A DNA stretch of 64,000 nucleotides. Source: a virus. Made by a program: the position numbers and the translations under genes. The notes under the pieces were generated by a model. That model was not told where the DNA came from. It searched no databases and worked only from the letters and a program-made list of their open reading frames with translations. Location: the IMG/VR virus record IMGVR_UViG_3300010218_000011, one strand, 5' to 3'. Shown piece by piece: positions 51,994-60,237 of this stretch (position 1 is its first letter; every line of letters begins with the position of its first letter).

Positions 51994-52256
51994 GCGTGGA
52001 TGAACAAAGATCGTGGTTCGAAGCGTGGTGCATTTCGGAGGGTATCAACGCCGAAAGAAGTCCGGTAACGGGCGTTTATTCCTACCCTTCGGCGCGTGTC
52101 GCATGGCGCGCATGGAAAGCCGCCGAGGCCGCTGCGATTGAGCGGGCGTTTGAGGTCATCAAGCTAGCAATCGGCACGCTCGCGCTGCACGGTCACGGCG
52201 AAGATGCCAAAAAGATTGCCGCAGAGTGGCGCGCCCTACTGCCGAAGGAGGAATGA
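51990..52256 (+). CDS. Hypothetical protein
   Basis: 88 aa from MSVDEQRSW, ATGA overlap. Confidence 0.45.
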   Translation: MSVDEQRSWFEAWCISEGINAERSPVTGVYSYPSARVAWRAWKAAEAAAIERAFEVIKLAIGTLALHGHGEDAKKIAAEWRALLPKEE

Positions 52257-52519
52257 TGCCCATCGACGAAAAGGAAATCGAGCGCCTTGCAGACCTCCAC
52301 CTAGTCTGCGATGAAGACGGGGAGATATACGGCGTCGAGGCTTTTGTTCGTGCTGTGGAGCGTGCGGCTTGCGAGGCGACGCTATGGCAATGCAAAGACG
52401 TCAATGGCGCTTGGCAATGGATTACGAAGGAAACGTATGACCAGCTTAGCAAGGAGGGAGGAACGGTGCGGGCATTATCGGTTGTCGAGCAACAGGCCGG
52501 GAGGATTGATGCCCGCTAA
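52253..52519 (+). CDS. Hypothetical protein
   Basis: 88 aa, ATGA overlap. Confidence 0.45.
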   Translation: MMPIDEKEIERLADLHLVCDEDGEIYGVEAFVRAVERAACEATLWQCKDVNGAWQWITKETYDQLSKEGGTVRALSVVEQQAGRIDAR

Positions 52520-52736
52520 GCACGAAGAACTCTGCGCAAAGATCCGCACATTGGCTGGCAAAGGATCAATGACCGCCCAGCTTTGCGACATCGTTGAAGA
52601 GTACGCAGCGCGGATCGTATCGCTAGAGGCTCGCGTTGTAGCGGCTGAGACATCGCGCGAGCGGCTGTTCGAGCAGTCGATCAGGGATCAAGCGAGGATT
52701 GCGGCGCTTGAGGCGAAGCATAGGGTGGAGGTGTGA
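52509..52736 (+). CDS. Hypothetical coiled-coil protein
   Basis: 75 aa from MPAKHEELCAK. Confidence 0.45.
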   Translation: MPAKHEELCAKIRTLAGKGSMTAQLCDIVEEYAARIVSLEARVVAAETSRERLFEQSIRDQARIAALEAKHRVEV

Positions 52737-53167
52737 TGCCGATCAAACAGGAAAACAAAAAACGCTATCCGGCCAACTGGCGCGAGATCCGCGCGCGCAT
52801 CCTAGCTCGAGCCGAGAATCGCTGCGAGCAATGCCGGGTTCTAAACGGCGACATGATCGTCCGCGGTATCGACAAAGACGCCGGAACGTTTCAGCGCTTC
52901 GACGGCGACGGCGAGGTCTACGCGGCTGATGATGGTCGTCTGCTTGGCCGATGCAAAGCATCCGAGTACTGCGGTTGCAAGTGGACGAAGATCGTTTTGA
53001 CGATAGCTCACTTGGATCATGTGCCGGAGCATGTCGACGACAGCAACCTTAAGGCGCTTTGCCAAAGATGCCATCTTGCCTACGACGCCGAGCATCACGC
53101 CGCTAATGCACGCGAGACGCGGCGAGCGCGCAAGGCGGTTGGCGATCTATTTGCGGAGGTTTCATGA
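52733..53167 (+). CDS. HNH endonuclease
   Basis: 144 aa; RCEQC...IAHLDH....NLKALCQRCHLAYD. Confidence 0.75.
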   Translation: MMPIKQENKKRYPANWREIRARILARAENRCEQCRVLNGDMIVRGIDKDAGTFQRFDGDGEVYAADDGRLLGRCKASEYCGCKWTKIVLTIAHLDHVPEHVDDSNLKALCQRCHLAYDAEHHAANARETRRARKAVGDLFAEVS

Positions 53168-53397
53168 CCGACGACATCGACCGCCGCATGGCGAATCTGG
53201 TACTCAACGGCTTTCAGCGCGACGGCATCGCAATGATGAGCCGCGCCGAGGCTGAGTCATATCTATCGACAGCATGTCAAGCTGCCTATCAACTGCTGCG
53301 AAATGTGGCGGGCGACGAATGGGTGAGAGGCTGGCTTGAGTCGGCTCTCGCTGATCTATCTGTCCCGGCACCGATTCAAATGCGGAGGCCATCGTGA
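53164..53397 (+). CDS. Hypothetical protein
   Basis: 77 aa. Confidence 0.45.
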   Translation: MTDDIDRRMANLVLNGFQRDGIAMMSRAEAESYLSTACQAAYQLLRNVAGDEWVRGWLESALADLSVPAPIQMRRPS

Positions 53398-53561
53398 TCA
53401 GCATCATCGGCGAGCGCTGCTCGCACGGGAAAACGTGGGCAGAGGAATGCCCCGATTGTGCGCTCGTCAGCGCAAAGGGACTCGTTGAGCGATGGGGTAA
53501 GGCGGTCGACGAGGCTAGGAAAGTGATCGCGGAGAGCGAGAAAGAGGAGGTGAAGACGTGA
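53394..53561 (+). CDS. Hypothetical 55-aa protein
   Basis: GTG start in a GTGA overlap; VISIIGERCSHGKTWAEECPDC.. Confidence 0.4.
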   Translation: MISIIGERCSHGKTWAEECPDCALVSAKGLVERWGKAVDEARKVIAESEKEEVKT

Positions 53562-54223
53562 GCGAGAATGGCAAGCCTTTGAAGGCTTATCAGGTCGACC
53601 ACTACGAGGGACCGGAAGAGGGATCGGTAATCGTGTTCGCGACTTCGAATGCACCCGCTCGTCGCATGGGTGCATCGGAACTGAATCTGGACTGGGATAG
53701 CGTCGAATCATGCCGTCGAGCGCCGCATTTCGACCAATACGCGCCCGGCCCGGTCCCAGTAGATGTGATGATTGAAGCTGGTTGGCGATTCGCATGTGAC
53801 CGCTGGGAATGCCAACAGCCAATCTCGCACGACTACATCGACGACGATGGCGATGAAATCGATACGGCCGGATCGTATATCGTGCGTGGGCGCCAGGTAT
53901 TTTGCACGCAGGAATGCCTTGCGCGGCACGACGCATCCATGCGCGCTCGAATGGCCGCCAAAGACGCTCTCATTGAACTGGTTGAATCGAAGTTCCCCGG
54001 CTCGCGCGTCACCCGGGTTCATGTGTTTCATGACCGACTCGAACCGAGCGAGCCGCATCGTGGAGCCAAGTGCAGCGCGAATTTCACGTTCCCGGGTGCG
54101 AAGTACGGTGCTACCTACATTTTTGGCGAAGGCGATGTTGCGCACGTGTCGCAAATCGATGTGTCAGCTTTCGAGGCACTCTATCGAGTGAAGGAACCAA
54201 TGCAAGCGGAGGCCCAGCCATGA
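53558..54223 (+). CDS. Hypothetical protein
   Basis: 221 aa. Confidence 0.5.
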   Translation: MSENGKPLKAYQVDHYEGPEEGSVIVFATSNAPARRMGASELNLDWDSVESCRRAPHFDQYAPGPVPVDVMIEAGWRFACDRWECQQPISHDYIDDDGDEIDTAGSYIVRGRQVFCTQECLARHDASMRARMAAKDALIELVESKFPGSRVTRVHVFHDRLEPSEPHRGAKCSANFTFPGAKYGATYIFGEGDVAHVSQIDVSAFEALYRVKEPMQAEAQP

Positions 54224-54492
54224 CAGACCAAACCAAGCCTTGTGATTTTCCATGCCCGAAATGCGGCAGCGCCGACGTGCTCCGTAGCTTCTGGGCGAAA
54301 GATGGCCGGCGACAGGCCAAGGAATATGGTCAGCGATCCAGCAAATGGACGCGCGTCATCGCGTGGAATGAATACGCGACGCGAGATCATATTGTCCATC
54401 ACTGCCGGTGCTGTCATTACGAGTGGCCGACGTTGCCGCTACGTCCGGCCAAGAAGGCTGCTGCTGCTGCGGAGATAGGGAGGGCGATGTGA
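54220..54492 (+). CDS. Zinc-ribbon protein
   Basis: CPKCGS....CRCCH; 90 aa. Confidence 0.5.
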   Translation: MTDQTKPCDFPCPKCGSADVLRSFWAKDGRRQAKEYGQRSSKWTRVIAWNEYATRDHIVHHCRCCHYEWPTLPLRPAKKAAAAAEIGRAM

Positions 54493-54872
54493 AAGTATCC
54501 GATCTTTCCGGTGCCCTTCTGGACTATTGGGTACTACGCGCAGAGGGCTGGGTCGACGATCGCCTACATGACATGCAACTGACGCGCAACGGCGAGTATT
54601 GCATCGCCGGGGCTGCGCCTATGCATGCTGTCAATGGCCATTGCTGGCGGTCGCCGTCGACTGATTGGGCTGTCGGTGGGTCGATTATCCATCGTGAACG
54701 GATCACGGTCGCTTGGCAACCGATGAAAGGCGAATGGATGGCCGGACTCATTGAAACGGAAAACGGATCAATGCTCGAATTCCGCTGGCTCGGGTTTCAC
54801 GAACTGCCGCTAGTCGCCGCGATGCGCGCATTCGTTAGATTTTGGTTCGGCGATGAAGTCCCCGATGTCTGA
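54489..54872 (+). CDS. DUF2591-like phage protein
   Basis: GTG start; VKVSDLSGALLDYWVLRAEGW.. resembles the DUF2591 N-terminus (recalled). Confidence 0.5.
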   Translation: MKVSDLSGALLDYWVLRAEGWVDDRLHDMQLTRNGEYCIAGAAPMHAVNGHCWRSPSTDWAVGGSIIHRERITVAWQPMKGEWMAGLIETENGSMLEFRWLGFHELPLVAAMRAFVRFWFGDEVPDV

Positions 54873-55134
54873 CCCGCATGAACGCGAAGCCCGCGCTCGA
54901 GCCATCCAACTCGCCGAAACGCTACACCGCGATGCCGACAAAGCAACTGACGCGGCAGCAGAGCGATTGAGGGAAGCCGCCGCAACGATCGAGGGGCACC
55001 TCGAAGCGTTCGCCGTGGTCGTGCGGGATAAGCGCGGGCTCGAGGCCGAAGTGAGGCGCCTTCAAGGGTTGCTTCGGGGTGCCCACGACATGATCGCCGA
55101 ATACGCTCAAGGCAAACGAAAGCCCAATCATTAG
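54853..55134 (+). CDS. Hypothetical protein
   Basis: 93 aa. Confidence 0.45.
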   Translation: MKSPMSDPHEREARARAIQLAETLHRDADKATDAAAERLREAAATIEGHLEAFAVVVRDKRGLEAEVRRLQGLLRGAHDMIAEYAQGKRKPNH

Positions 55135-55189
55135 ATTTTATTTGCATCGCCGCGAGCACGCGGCCGAAGCCTTTCACGTTGGAGTAGCC

Positions 55190-55390
55190 ATGTTCCTGAC
55201 CGAGGAAGAACTGACGGAACTGACCGGCAAGCGCCAAAACGCGGCGCGAGTGCGCGCGCTCAATAGCATGGGTGTGCAGCACAAGATCCGGCCGGACGGA
55301 TCGGTTGCCGTATTGCGATCGCACGTCGAGCGGCTGTTTGGGGAAAGGACGGCCAAGCCTAAAATGGAATGGCAGCCAGCCTGGATGTGA
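55190..55390 (+). CDS. xis: Excisionase-like protein (DUF4224-like)
   Basis: 66 aa from MFLTEEELTELTGKRQ..., directly upstream of int. Confidence 0.55.
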   Translation: MFLTEEELTELTGKRQNAARVRALNSMGVQHKIRPDGSVAVLRSHVERLFGERTAKPKMEWQPAWM

Positions 55391-55391
55391 T

Positions 55392-56450
55392 ATGCCGCGC
55401 CCAAGAAAAAAGGAAAACGTAGGGCTTCCGACTCGGTGGAAACTGCACCACGGGGCCTACTACTATCTCGTGCCCGTGGGGCTCGAGGCGGCATGGGACG
55501 GGAAGAAGAAATTCCGGCTCGGCGCGACGCTGCCAGAAGCGTACAAAGTATGGGGCGAGCGGGTGGGGCGTCTGGATAAGATCCGAAACGTCAGCCAATT
55601 GCTGGATCAGTACGCGCTCGAGGTGATTCCGACCAAGGCGCCCACGACGCGCGCACAGAACATCTCAGCATTGAAGCCGCTCAGGGAATTGCTCGGCGCC
55701 GCGCCGCTCGACTCGCTCAAGCCAACAATCATCTACGCGTACGTGAGGCAGCGCGGGATGGTCAAGACCGGCGCCAAGCGAGAGGTCGAGGTGTTGTCGC
55801 ACGCGCTCACGAAGGCCGTTGAATGGGGCTATATCGACCGACACCCGTTCGCGTGGCAGCTACGGTTCGAGGGCGAAGCCCCGCGAACCCGCTATGTCGA
55901 GGACTGGGAAATCGATGAGTGCCTCAGCATCGAGTCGAAACGCAAGAAGGGGAGCGTCCGGGCGGCGCAGGCATACATCCGCCTCAAGTTGCTAACGGGG
56001 ATGGCGCGCGGAGATCTGCTGCGCCTGCGCCCTGGGATCGACTTCAAGGACGACGGCATCCACATCCAGCGGCATAAGACGGCCAAGAAAACCGGCAAGC
56101 GAACCATCTACGAATGGACTGATGAACTGCGCGCCGCGGTGGCAGCCGCGCTCGCGGCGCGGCCGGTCGACATCTCGCCCTGGCTCTTCTGCAACATGCG
56201 AGGGGAGTGCTACATCAACGAGGAAACCGGCCGGGCCGGCGGGTGGGAATCGCTATGGTCGAATTTCATGGAACGCGTGATGACCGAAACGAAAGTGACG
56301 GAGCCGTTCCACGAGCACGACATACGAGCGAAAGCGGCCAGCGACGCGGAATCGCTCGAGCATGCCCAGGCGCTTCTATCGCACGCCGACAGCCGCACAA
56401 CGCGTCGCATTTATCGCCGGAAGCCGGAGAAGGTGAAGCCGACTAGGTAG
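55392..56450 (+). CDS. int: Tyrosine integrase
   Basis: 352 aa; ..ARGDLLRLR.., ..HDIRAKAASD.., ..LLSHADSRTTRRIY.. (R..HxxR..Y catalytic pattern). Confidence 0.9.
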   Translation: MPRPRKKENVGLPTRWKLHHGAYYYLVPVGLEAAWDGKKKFRLGATLPEAYKVWGERVGRLDKIRNVSQLLDQYALEVIPTKAPTTRAQNISALKPLRELLGAAPLDSLKPTIIYAYVRQRGMVKTGAKREVEVLSHALTKAVEWGYIDRHPFAWQLRFEGEAPRTRYVEDWEIDECLSIESKRKKGSVRAAQAYIRLKLLTGMARGDLLRLRPGIDFKDDGIHIQRHKTAKKTGKRTIYEWTDELRAAVAAALAARPVDISPWLFCNMRGECYINEETGRAGGWESLWSNFMERVMTETKVTEPFHEHDIRAKAASDAESLEHAQALLSHADSRTTRRIYRRKPEKVKPTR

Positions 56451-56458
56451 GGAAAACG

Positions 56459-56468
56459 TGGGTTATTC
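56459..56468 (+). repeat. TGGGTTATTC copy 1 (candidate integrase arm-type site)
   Basis: Exact 10-mer, 128 nt upstream of the tRNA-like core. Confidence 0.6.
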
Positions 56469-56595
56469 AGGACGGTCACTCGTAAACAAATCAAGCGCTT
56501 ACGGTGGGCAATAGGTAAATTGTATAACCCGTGCTAGACTACTCATCGGCTTATCTGGCGAGGCAGAGCGACCGAAGCATGTAAGTTTTAACAGC

Positions 56596-56628
56596 CTATC
56601 GGGGGTTCGAATCCCCCTCTCTCCGCCA
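56596..56628 (+). other. tRNA-Ser-like 3' fragment (att core candidate)
   Basis: ..CTATC-GGGGG-TTCGAAT-CCCCC-TCTCTCC-G-CCA: T arm, 3' acceptor strand and CCA. No matching GGAGAGA 5' acceptor strand or D arm within 100 nt upstream. Confidence 0.7.
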
Positions 56629-56637
56629 GCATCGCAT

Positions 56638-56668
56638 AAGGCTCTCCACGGAGGGCCTTTTTCATTTT
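56638..56668 (+). terminator. Intrinsic terminator right after the tRNA-like fragment
   Basis: AAGGCTCTC-CACG-GAGGGCCTT followed by TTTCATTTT. Confidence 0.65.
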
Positions 56669-56677
56669 GGGTTATTC
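56668..56677 (+). repeat. TGGGTTATTC copy 2
   Basis: Exact 10-mer, 40 nt downstream of the core. Confidence 0.6.
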
Positions 56678-56686
56678 AAACGCGGT

Positions 56687-56696
56687 TGGGTTATTC
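56687..56696 (+). repeat. TGGGTTATTC copy 3
   Basis: Exact 10-mer, 9 nt after copy 2. Confidence 0.6.
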
Positions 56697-56757
56697 GCGA
56701 AAAGCGAAATCTGCTCCGCCGTGGGTCTATACTGTTTGCCCATACAGTATCAAGCCC

Positions 56758-56979
56758 ATGTCTCAAAACCTCAACAATCCTTACGGAGCGCCTCGACCAT
56801 GCCGCGCATGCGAGCATTGGGGCGGTGACGTTGCTGGAACGGCCGACGCCTGCTATTGCCTACAGAACGGCCGCCAGGTACAAGCCAACAAGCACCAAGG
56901 GTGCGTCTTCTGGGTGCGTGCGATCGGCGCGGACGATGAAGAGCAAGGGACGAAGCGGAAATGGAAGGAAGGGAATTGA
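56758..56979 (+). CDS. Small Cys-rich protein
   Basis: 73 aa from MSQNLNNPYGAPRPCRACEHWGG..CYC..GC. Confidence 0.4.
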   Translation: MSQNLNNPYGAPRPCRACEHWGGDVAGTADACYCLQNGRQVQANKHQGCVFWVRAIGADDEEQGTKRKWKEGN

Positions 56980-57009
56980 CGCGCCGCGGATGCGGGCTAG
57001 GGAGGATAG

Positions 57010-57189
57010 ATGGACGTTCGCTTCACGGATCCGCGCGAGGCAATATGGACTGCGGGCGGCACGGAACTCGATGCGATCGGCTCGATGAGTGATGTGGACT
57101 CGCCGCGCGATAGCGCAGAGCCGGATCACGACTACCGGCTGCGCCTGATCGCGCGGCTGCGCGGCGAAGGCGTTACGCCGCGGGCTTGA
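57010..57189 (+). CDS. Hypothetical acidic 59-aa protein
   Basis: MDVRFTDPREAIWTAGGTELDAIGSMSDVD..; GGAGGA upstream; convergent with the lipase gene. Confidence 0.4.
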   Translation: MDVRFTDPREAIWTAGGTELDAIGSMSDVDSPRDSAEPDHDYRLRLIARLRGEGVTPRA

Positions 57190-57919
57190 CCTCGACCGGG
57201 GCGATCGTTTGCTCCGAAGCGACTTTCTCAATTCGCGCCTGATACCGATCAACGCTATGATCCGCGAATACCCATCCATCGGGCCATTGCTGGCCCGGAA
57301 TCATCTGGAAATCGCCGGCATCGCTTTTCAGCCAAATATGATCGATCGGTGGCCGCGCCGTCCAGCGCGGATCGAACCACGGCCAACTTGCCCATCCGTC
57401 GCTGCCATCTAGGACGCACACCATCTGCGCCACGACATCAGCGTGCGATGTGAAGAAGTCTGCGGCGATGAACTTGGGCGCAGCGAAGCTGTGGATAGCA
57501 CCGAGGCGAGCGGCGTCTACGAATGCTGGCGACGCCTGGGCGCGACTTCCGCCGAGGCTGTGCCCGGCCACGTGGACAATATCTCCGTCCGGCACGGTCT
57601 CCAGGACCCAATCCCACATCTGCCGCATGCCCTCGACGACACCTTGCGTAATCGTGCCGCCTTTCACCGAGACGGGCTCAAGCGACACATCAGCGAAAAC
57701 GTCCATCAGCTTGAGTGAGCTCGCGCGCGTGCCGGAAATCGACAGGTGCGTTTCGCCCGCAGCATCAGCAGATAGGACGGCCTGATGGCTTGCATTGGCA
57801 TATTGCCCTATCCATACATCGCCCAGCGCCTCGAACGCGACCTTTGATGACGCTGCGTCGATCAGGTACGCAGCGTTCGCGCGGGCGCACGCGAGAGCTG
57901 CCGCCTGCCAATTGATCAT
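57173..57919 (-). CDS. Class-3 lipase-like alpha/beta hydrolase without a signal peptide
   Basis: 248 aa from MINWQ; ..LSISGTRAS.., nucleophile elbow VAGHSLGG, late ..FADHSVDRY.. Confidence 0.65.
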   Translation of the reverse strand: MINWQAAALACARANAAYLIDAASSKVAFEALGDVWIGQYANASHQAVLSADAAGETHLSISGTRASSLKLMDVFADVSLEPVSVKGGTITQGVVEGMRQMWDWVLETVPDGDIVHVAGHSLGGSRAQASPAFVDAARLGAIHSFAAPKFIAADFFTSHADVVAQMVCVLDGSDGWASWPWFDPRWTARPPIDHIWLKSDAGDFQMIPGQQWPDGWVFADHSVDRYQARIEKVASEQTIAPVEVKPAA

Positions 57920-58395
57920 TTCAGCCGCGCCTCGGCAAGCGGCGTCGATGCGGCGACCGGCGCGGATGCAGCCGACGCCGGCGCAGCGGTAGACGTCGAC
58001 GTCGACGCCATGCTGATCGCGATATTGAACGCGAGCACGCCCGAGTCGATCGCGGCATCGGCGGTCTTGATCTTGTCCGGCGACAGCGACGATGCATCGA
58101 CGAACGTCTTGACGAGCGGTAGCGTGGTATTGACGAGCGTTTGCAGGTCGGGCTTCGTCACCGACGCGCCGGCCGCGCAAACCTTGTCGACGGCAGGCTG
58201 AACCTTCTTCGTGAGCGTGTCGGCCGCGCCGCCGGTGAAAACGCCATCCGATTGCAGGATGACGATCTCGCCTTTCATGCCGCCGCACGCGATCGACACG
58301 GCTTGGGGGAACGTCATCGCGGGCGCAGTGCCGCCGCAGGCGGCGAGGATGGATGCGACGAAACACACCGCGATAGCGGCGAATAGCTTCTTCAT
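57916..58395 (-). CDS. Lipoprotein
   Basis: MKKLFAAIAVCFVASILAAC-GG (lipobox LAAC); 159 aa; ATGA overlap with the lipase start. Confidence 0.65.
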   Translation of the reverse strand: MKKLFAAIAVCFVASILAACGGTAPAMTFPQAVSIACGGMKGEIVILQSDGVFTGGAADTLTKKVQPAVDKVCAAGASVTKPDLQTLVNTTLPLVKTFVDASSLSPDKIKTADAAIDSGVLAFNIAISMASTSTSTAAPASAASAPVAASTPLAEARLK

Positions 58396-58405
58396 GATGG
58401 ATTCC

Positions 58406-58723
58406 TTACGGAGTGACTTTGATTGCCGCGGCTGCGGCATTGGAGACTGCGGTAGCGACGCTCGAGACAGTTGCGCCCTGGGCGGTGAGCGGCGCCGTCG
58501 CGCCGACGCCTTGCTCGGTAAAATGGACGGTGATCGCGCCGTCCGGCTGCATGGCCAGATCGAACGTCACGGCGCTTACGTCCTTGCCGGAAAATGCCTC
58601 GGCGCGGCAGCAGACGAGTCGGCCGGCCGTCGGCTCATAGAATGGCTCGACGGTGTAGTGCGCAGCCCCGGCGCAGGCCGACAAAGCGACGGCAGCGGCG
58701 CACGCGAGCGCAACGCGGATCAT
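58406..58723 (-). CDS. Small lipoprotein
   Basis: MIRVALACAAAVALSAC-AG (lipobox LSAC); 105 aa. Confidence 0.6.
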   Translation of the reverse strand: MIRVALACAAAVALSACAGAAHYTVEPFYEPTAGRLVCCRAEAFSGKDVSAVTFDLAMQPDGAITVHFTEQGVGATAPLTAQGATVSSVATAVSNAAAAAIKVTP

Positions 58724-58953
58724 TGCGCTGCTGGCGCCGGCGCCGTGCCGCCCGCGGCTGCTTTCTTGGCCGCGCGAGCGACAAGCGTTTGCGCCAGCCA
58801 GTGAGCGCCCGACACGATGCCGACAGCGATCGAGACTTGCGCATCGCCATCTAGATCGATGTGGTAGTGCTTCACGATGGCCGCCAGAACGGACAGCACG
58901 GCTGCCGTTACTGCGCCGGCGGCGCCGGTTTGGGCGGGGGAGATTTTGTTCAT
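58720..58953 (-). CDS. Two-helix small membrane protein (holin-like topology)
   Basis: 77 aa; hydrophobic stretches AAGAVTAAVLSVLAAIV and VSIAVGIVSGAHWLAQTLV; ATGA overlaps on both sides. Confidence 0.5.
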   Translation of the reverse strand: MNKISPAQTGAAGAVTAAVLSVLAAIVKHYHIDLDGDAQVSIAVGIVSGAHWLAQTLVARAAKKAAAGGTAPAPAAQ

Positions 58954-59561
58954 GCGCGCTGCTCCTGATGAAGTGCTTTGAGCTCGTCCGGTGAATAGAC
59001 GAAGCCAGGGATGAGGAACGCCTGCACGTTCCACACGGGATCGCTCTCTTCGTGTCGACCGTGACCTTTGCCACGGTGATGCAGCTCGCAGAGAGGGAGT
59101 TGGTTGTAGACTGAATCGACGAAGATCTCGGGCTTTGTCGTGTCGAATGCTTCCCAATCGAAGCCCTGCGTGAGGCGGATCAAGTCCCACACGGGATGCT
59201 TCTTCGGGATCGGCACGGTGCGCCGCAGCTTGTGTGAGAACATGACGTCGGTCTTGTTGAGCGCGACATCTCGGATCCAGCCGAACGCGATCGCGTGGCT
59301 GTAGGCCCATTCGAAGAATCGATGATGGGATTCGACCTTTTCATCGTCGCCGCACACCGCGCAAACATAGCCGCCCTCGGCCTTCATTTCGCGCTTGCTC
59401 GCGCGGAAGGTCGGCGATTCAGTGCGCGGCTCGTGGCTCGGGTAGAAGACGTCTTCGGATAGCGTGCGGCGCGTTTCGTGCGTCAGTGCGGCAGCAAGCC
59501 CCTCGGCCGCGCATCGATCGCACTTGTGCTCGAGCGGTACTTCGTGACTGCATCGGGTCAT
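58950..59561 (-). CDS. HNH-motif nuclease-like protein with a long insert
   Basis: CAVCGDDEKVESHH ... YNQLPLCELHHRGKGHGRHE; 203 aa from MTRCSHE. Confidence 0.5.
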   Translation of the reverse strand: MTRCSHEVPLEHKCDRCAAEGLAAALTHETRRTLSEDVFYPSHEPRTESPTFRASKREMKAEGGYVCAVCGDDEKVESHHRFFEWAYSHAIAFGWIRDVALNKTDVMFSHKLRRTVPIPKKHPVWDLIRLTQGFDWEAFDTTKPEIFVDSVYNQLPLCELHHRGKGHGRHEESDPVWNVQAFLIPGFVYSPDELKALHQEQRA

Positions 59562-59601
59562 GTTCGGATCCAGAAATGAAAAACCCGGCACGGGGCCGGA
59601 T

Positions 59602-60099
59602 TCAGTGAGTGAGGAGAGAAGGTTGAATCTGCCGTTCGAGCAAACCGCGCTCGGCGTCGAAGTTGGGTATCTCCCGTTTTCGCTCGAGCATGAGATGCGA
59701 GCCAAACGACGCTCGGACCTTCGATTCAACTTCGCGGGCGATAAGCGCCTGCATCTGCTGCCATAGGGATTGCTCGCGGCGGCCGAGTTCGTCGCGCATC
59801 CGGTAGAACTCTTTGATGAGCGCGATCTTGAACTGGATCACTTCGGGCGAGTTGCGCATAAAGGCGATCAGGAGTGTCGCCTGCTGCTCGTTGAGCATGA
59901 CGAACTCGGTCGGCGAGCCGCGGCGGTTAAGTCGCGTTTCAAATTGCACTTTCCCGAACTCCTCAAAGCTACTGAGATAGTTGCGGATAAGCTGCATCAC
60001 GCCGCGGTGGCCTTGCTTGACGCCGTGCGCGATGATTTCGGACGATGCGCGCGGCTCGCCCTCAAGGGGCACGACCAAGGGGAACGGAAAGTCTTTCAC
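59602..60099 (-). CDS. Rha-family phage regulatory protein
   Basis: 165 aa, GTG start with AGGAG upstream; ..SSEIIAHGVKQGHRGVMQLIRNY......VMLNEQQATLLIAFMRNS.. as in Rha (recalled). Confidence 0.65.
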   Translation of the reverse strand: MKDFPFPLVVPLEGEPRASSEIIAHGVKQGHRGVMQLIRNYLSSFEEFGKVQFETRLNRRGSPTEFVMLNEQQATLLIAFMRNSPEVIQFKIALIKEFYRMRDELGRREQSLWQQMQALIAREVESKVRASFGSHLMLERKREIPNFDAERGLLERQIQPSLLTH

Positions 60100-60188
60100 G
60101 GGAACTCCTGCGGAACCCTGGGTATGAGGGACCGCGGCAACGCGCCCGGGAAGCGCGCTTTCGGCTGGCCTGCCTAGCCGCGGTCTTT

Positions 60189-60217
60189 GAAACGAAAAAG
60201 CCGCCCGAAGGCGGCTT
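60189..60217 (-). terminator. Intrinsic terminator after the endolysin gene
   Basis: AAGCCGCC-TTCG-GGCGGCTT then TTTCGTTTC on the minus strand; near-copy of the 1621..1652 terminator. Confidence 0.7.
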
Positions 60218-60237
60218 GTGGTGATGGTCGTTGTTGA

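Noticed and set aside
56536-56628. Complete tRNA-Ser gene downstream of int.
   Set aside because: Only the T arm, the 3' acceptor strand and CCA are present. The required 5' strand (GGAGAGA or a G-U variant) and the D and anticodon arms are absent from the preceding 100 nt. I therefore called it an att core fragment.
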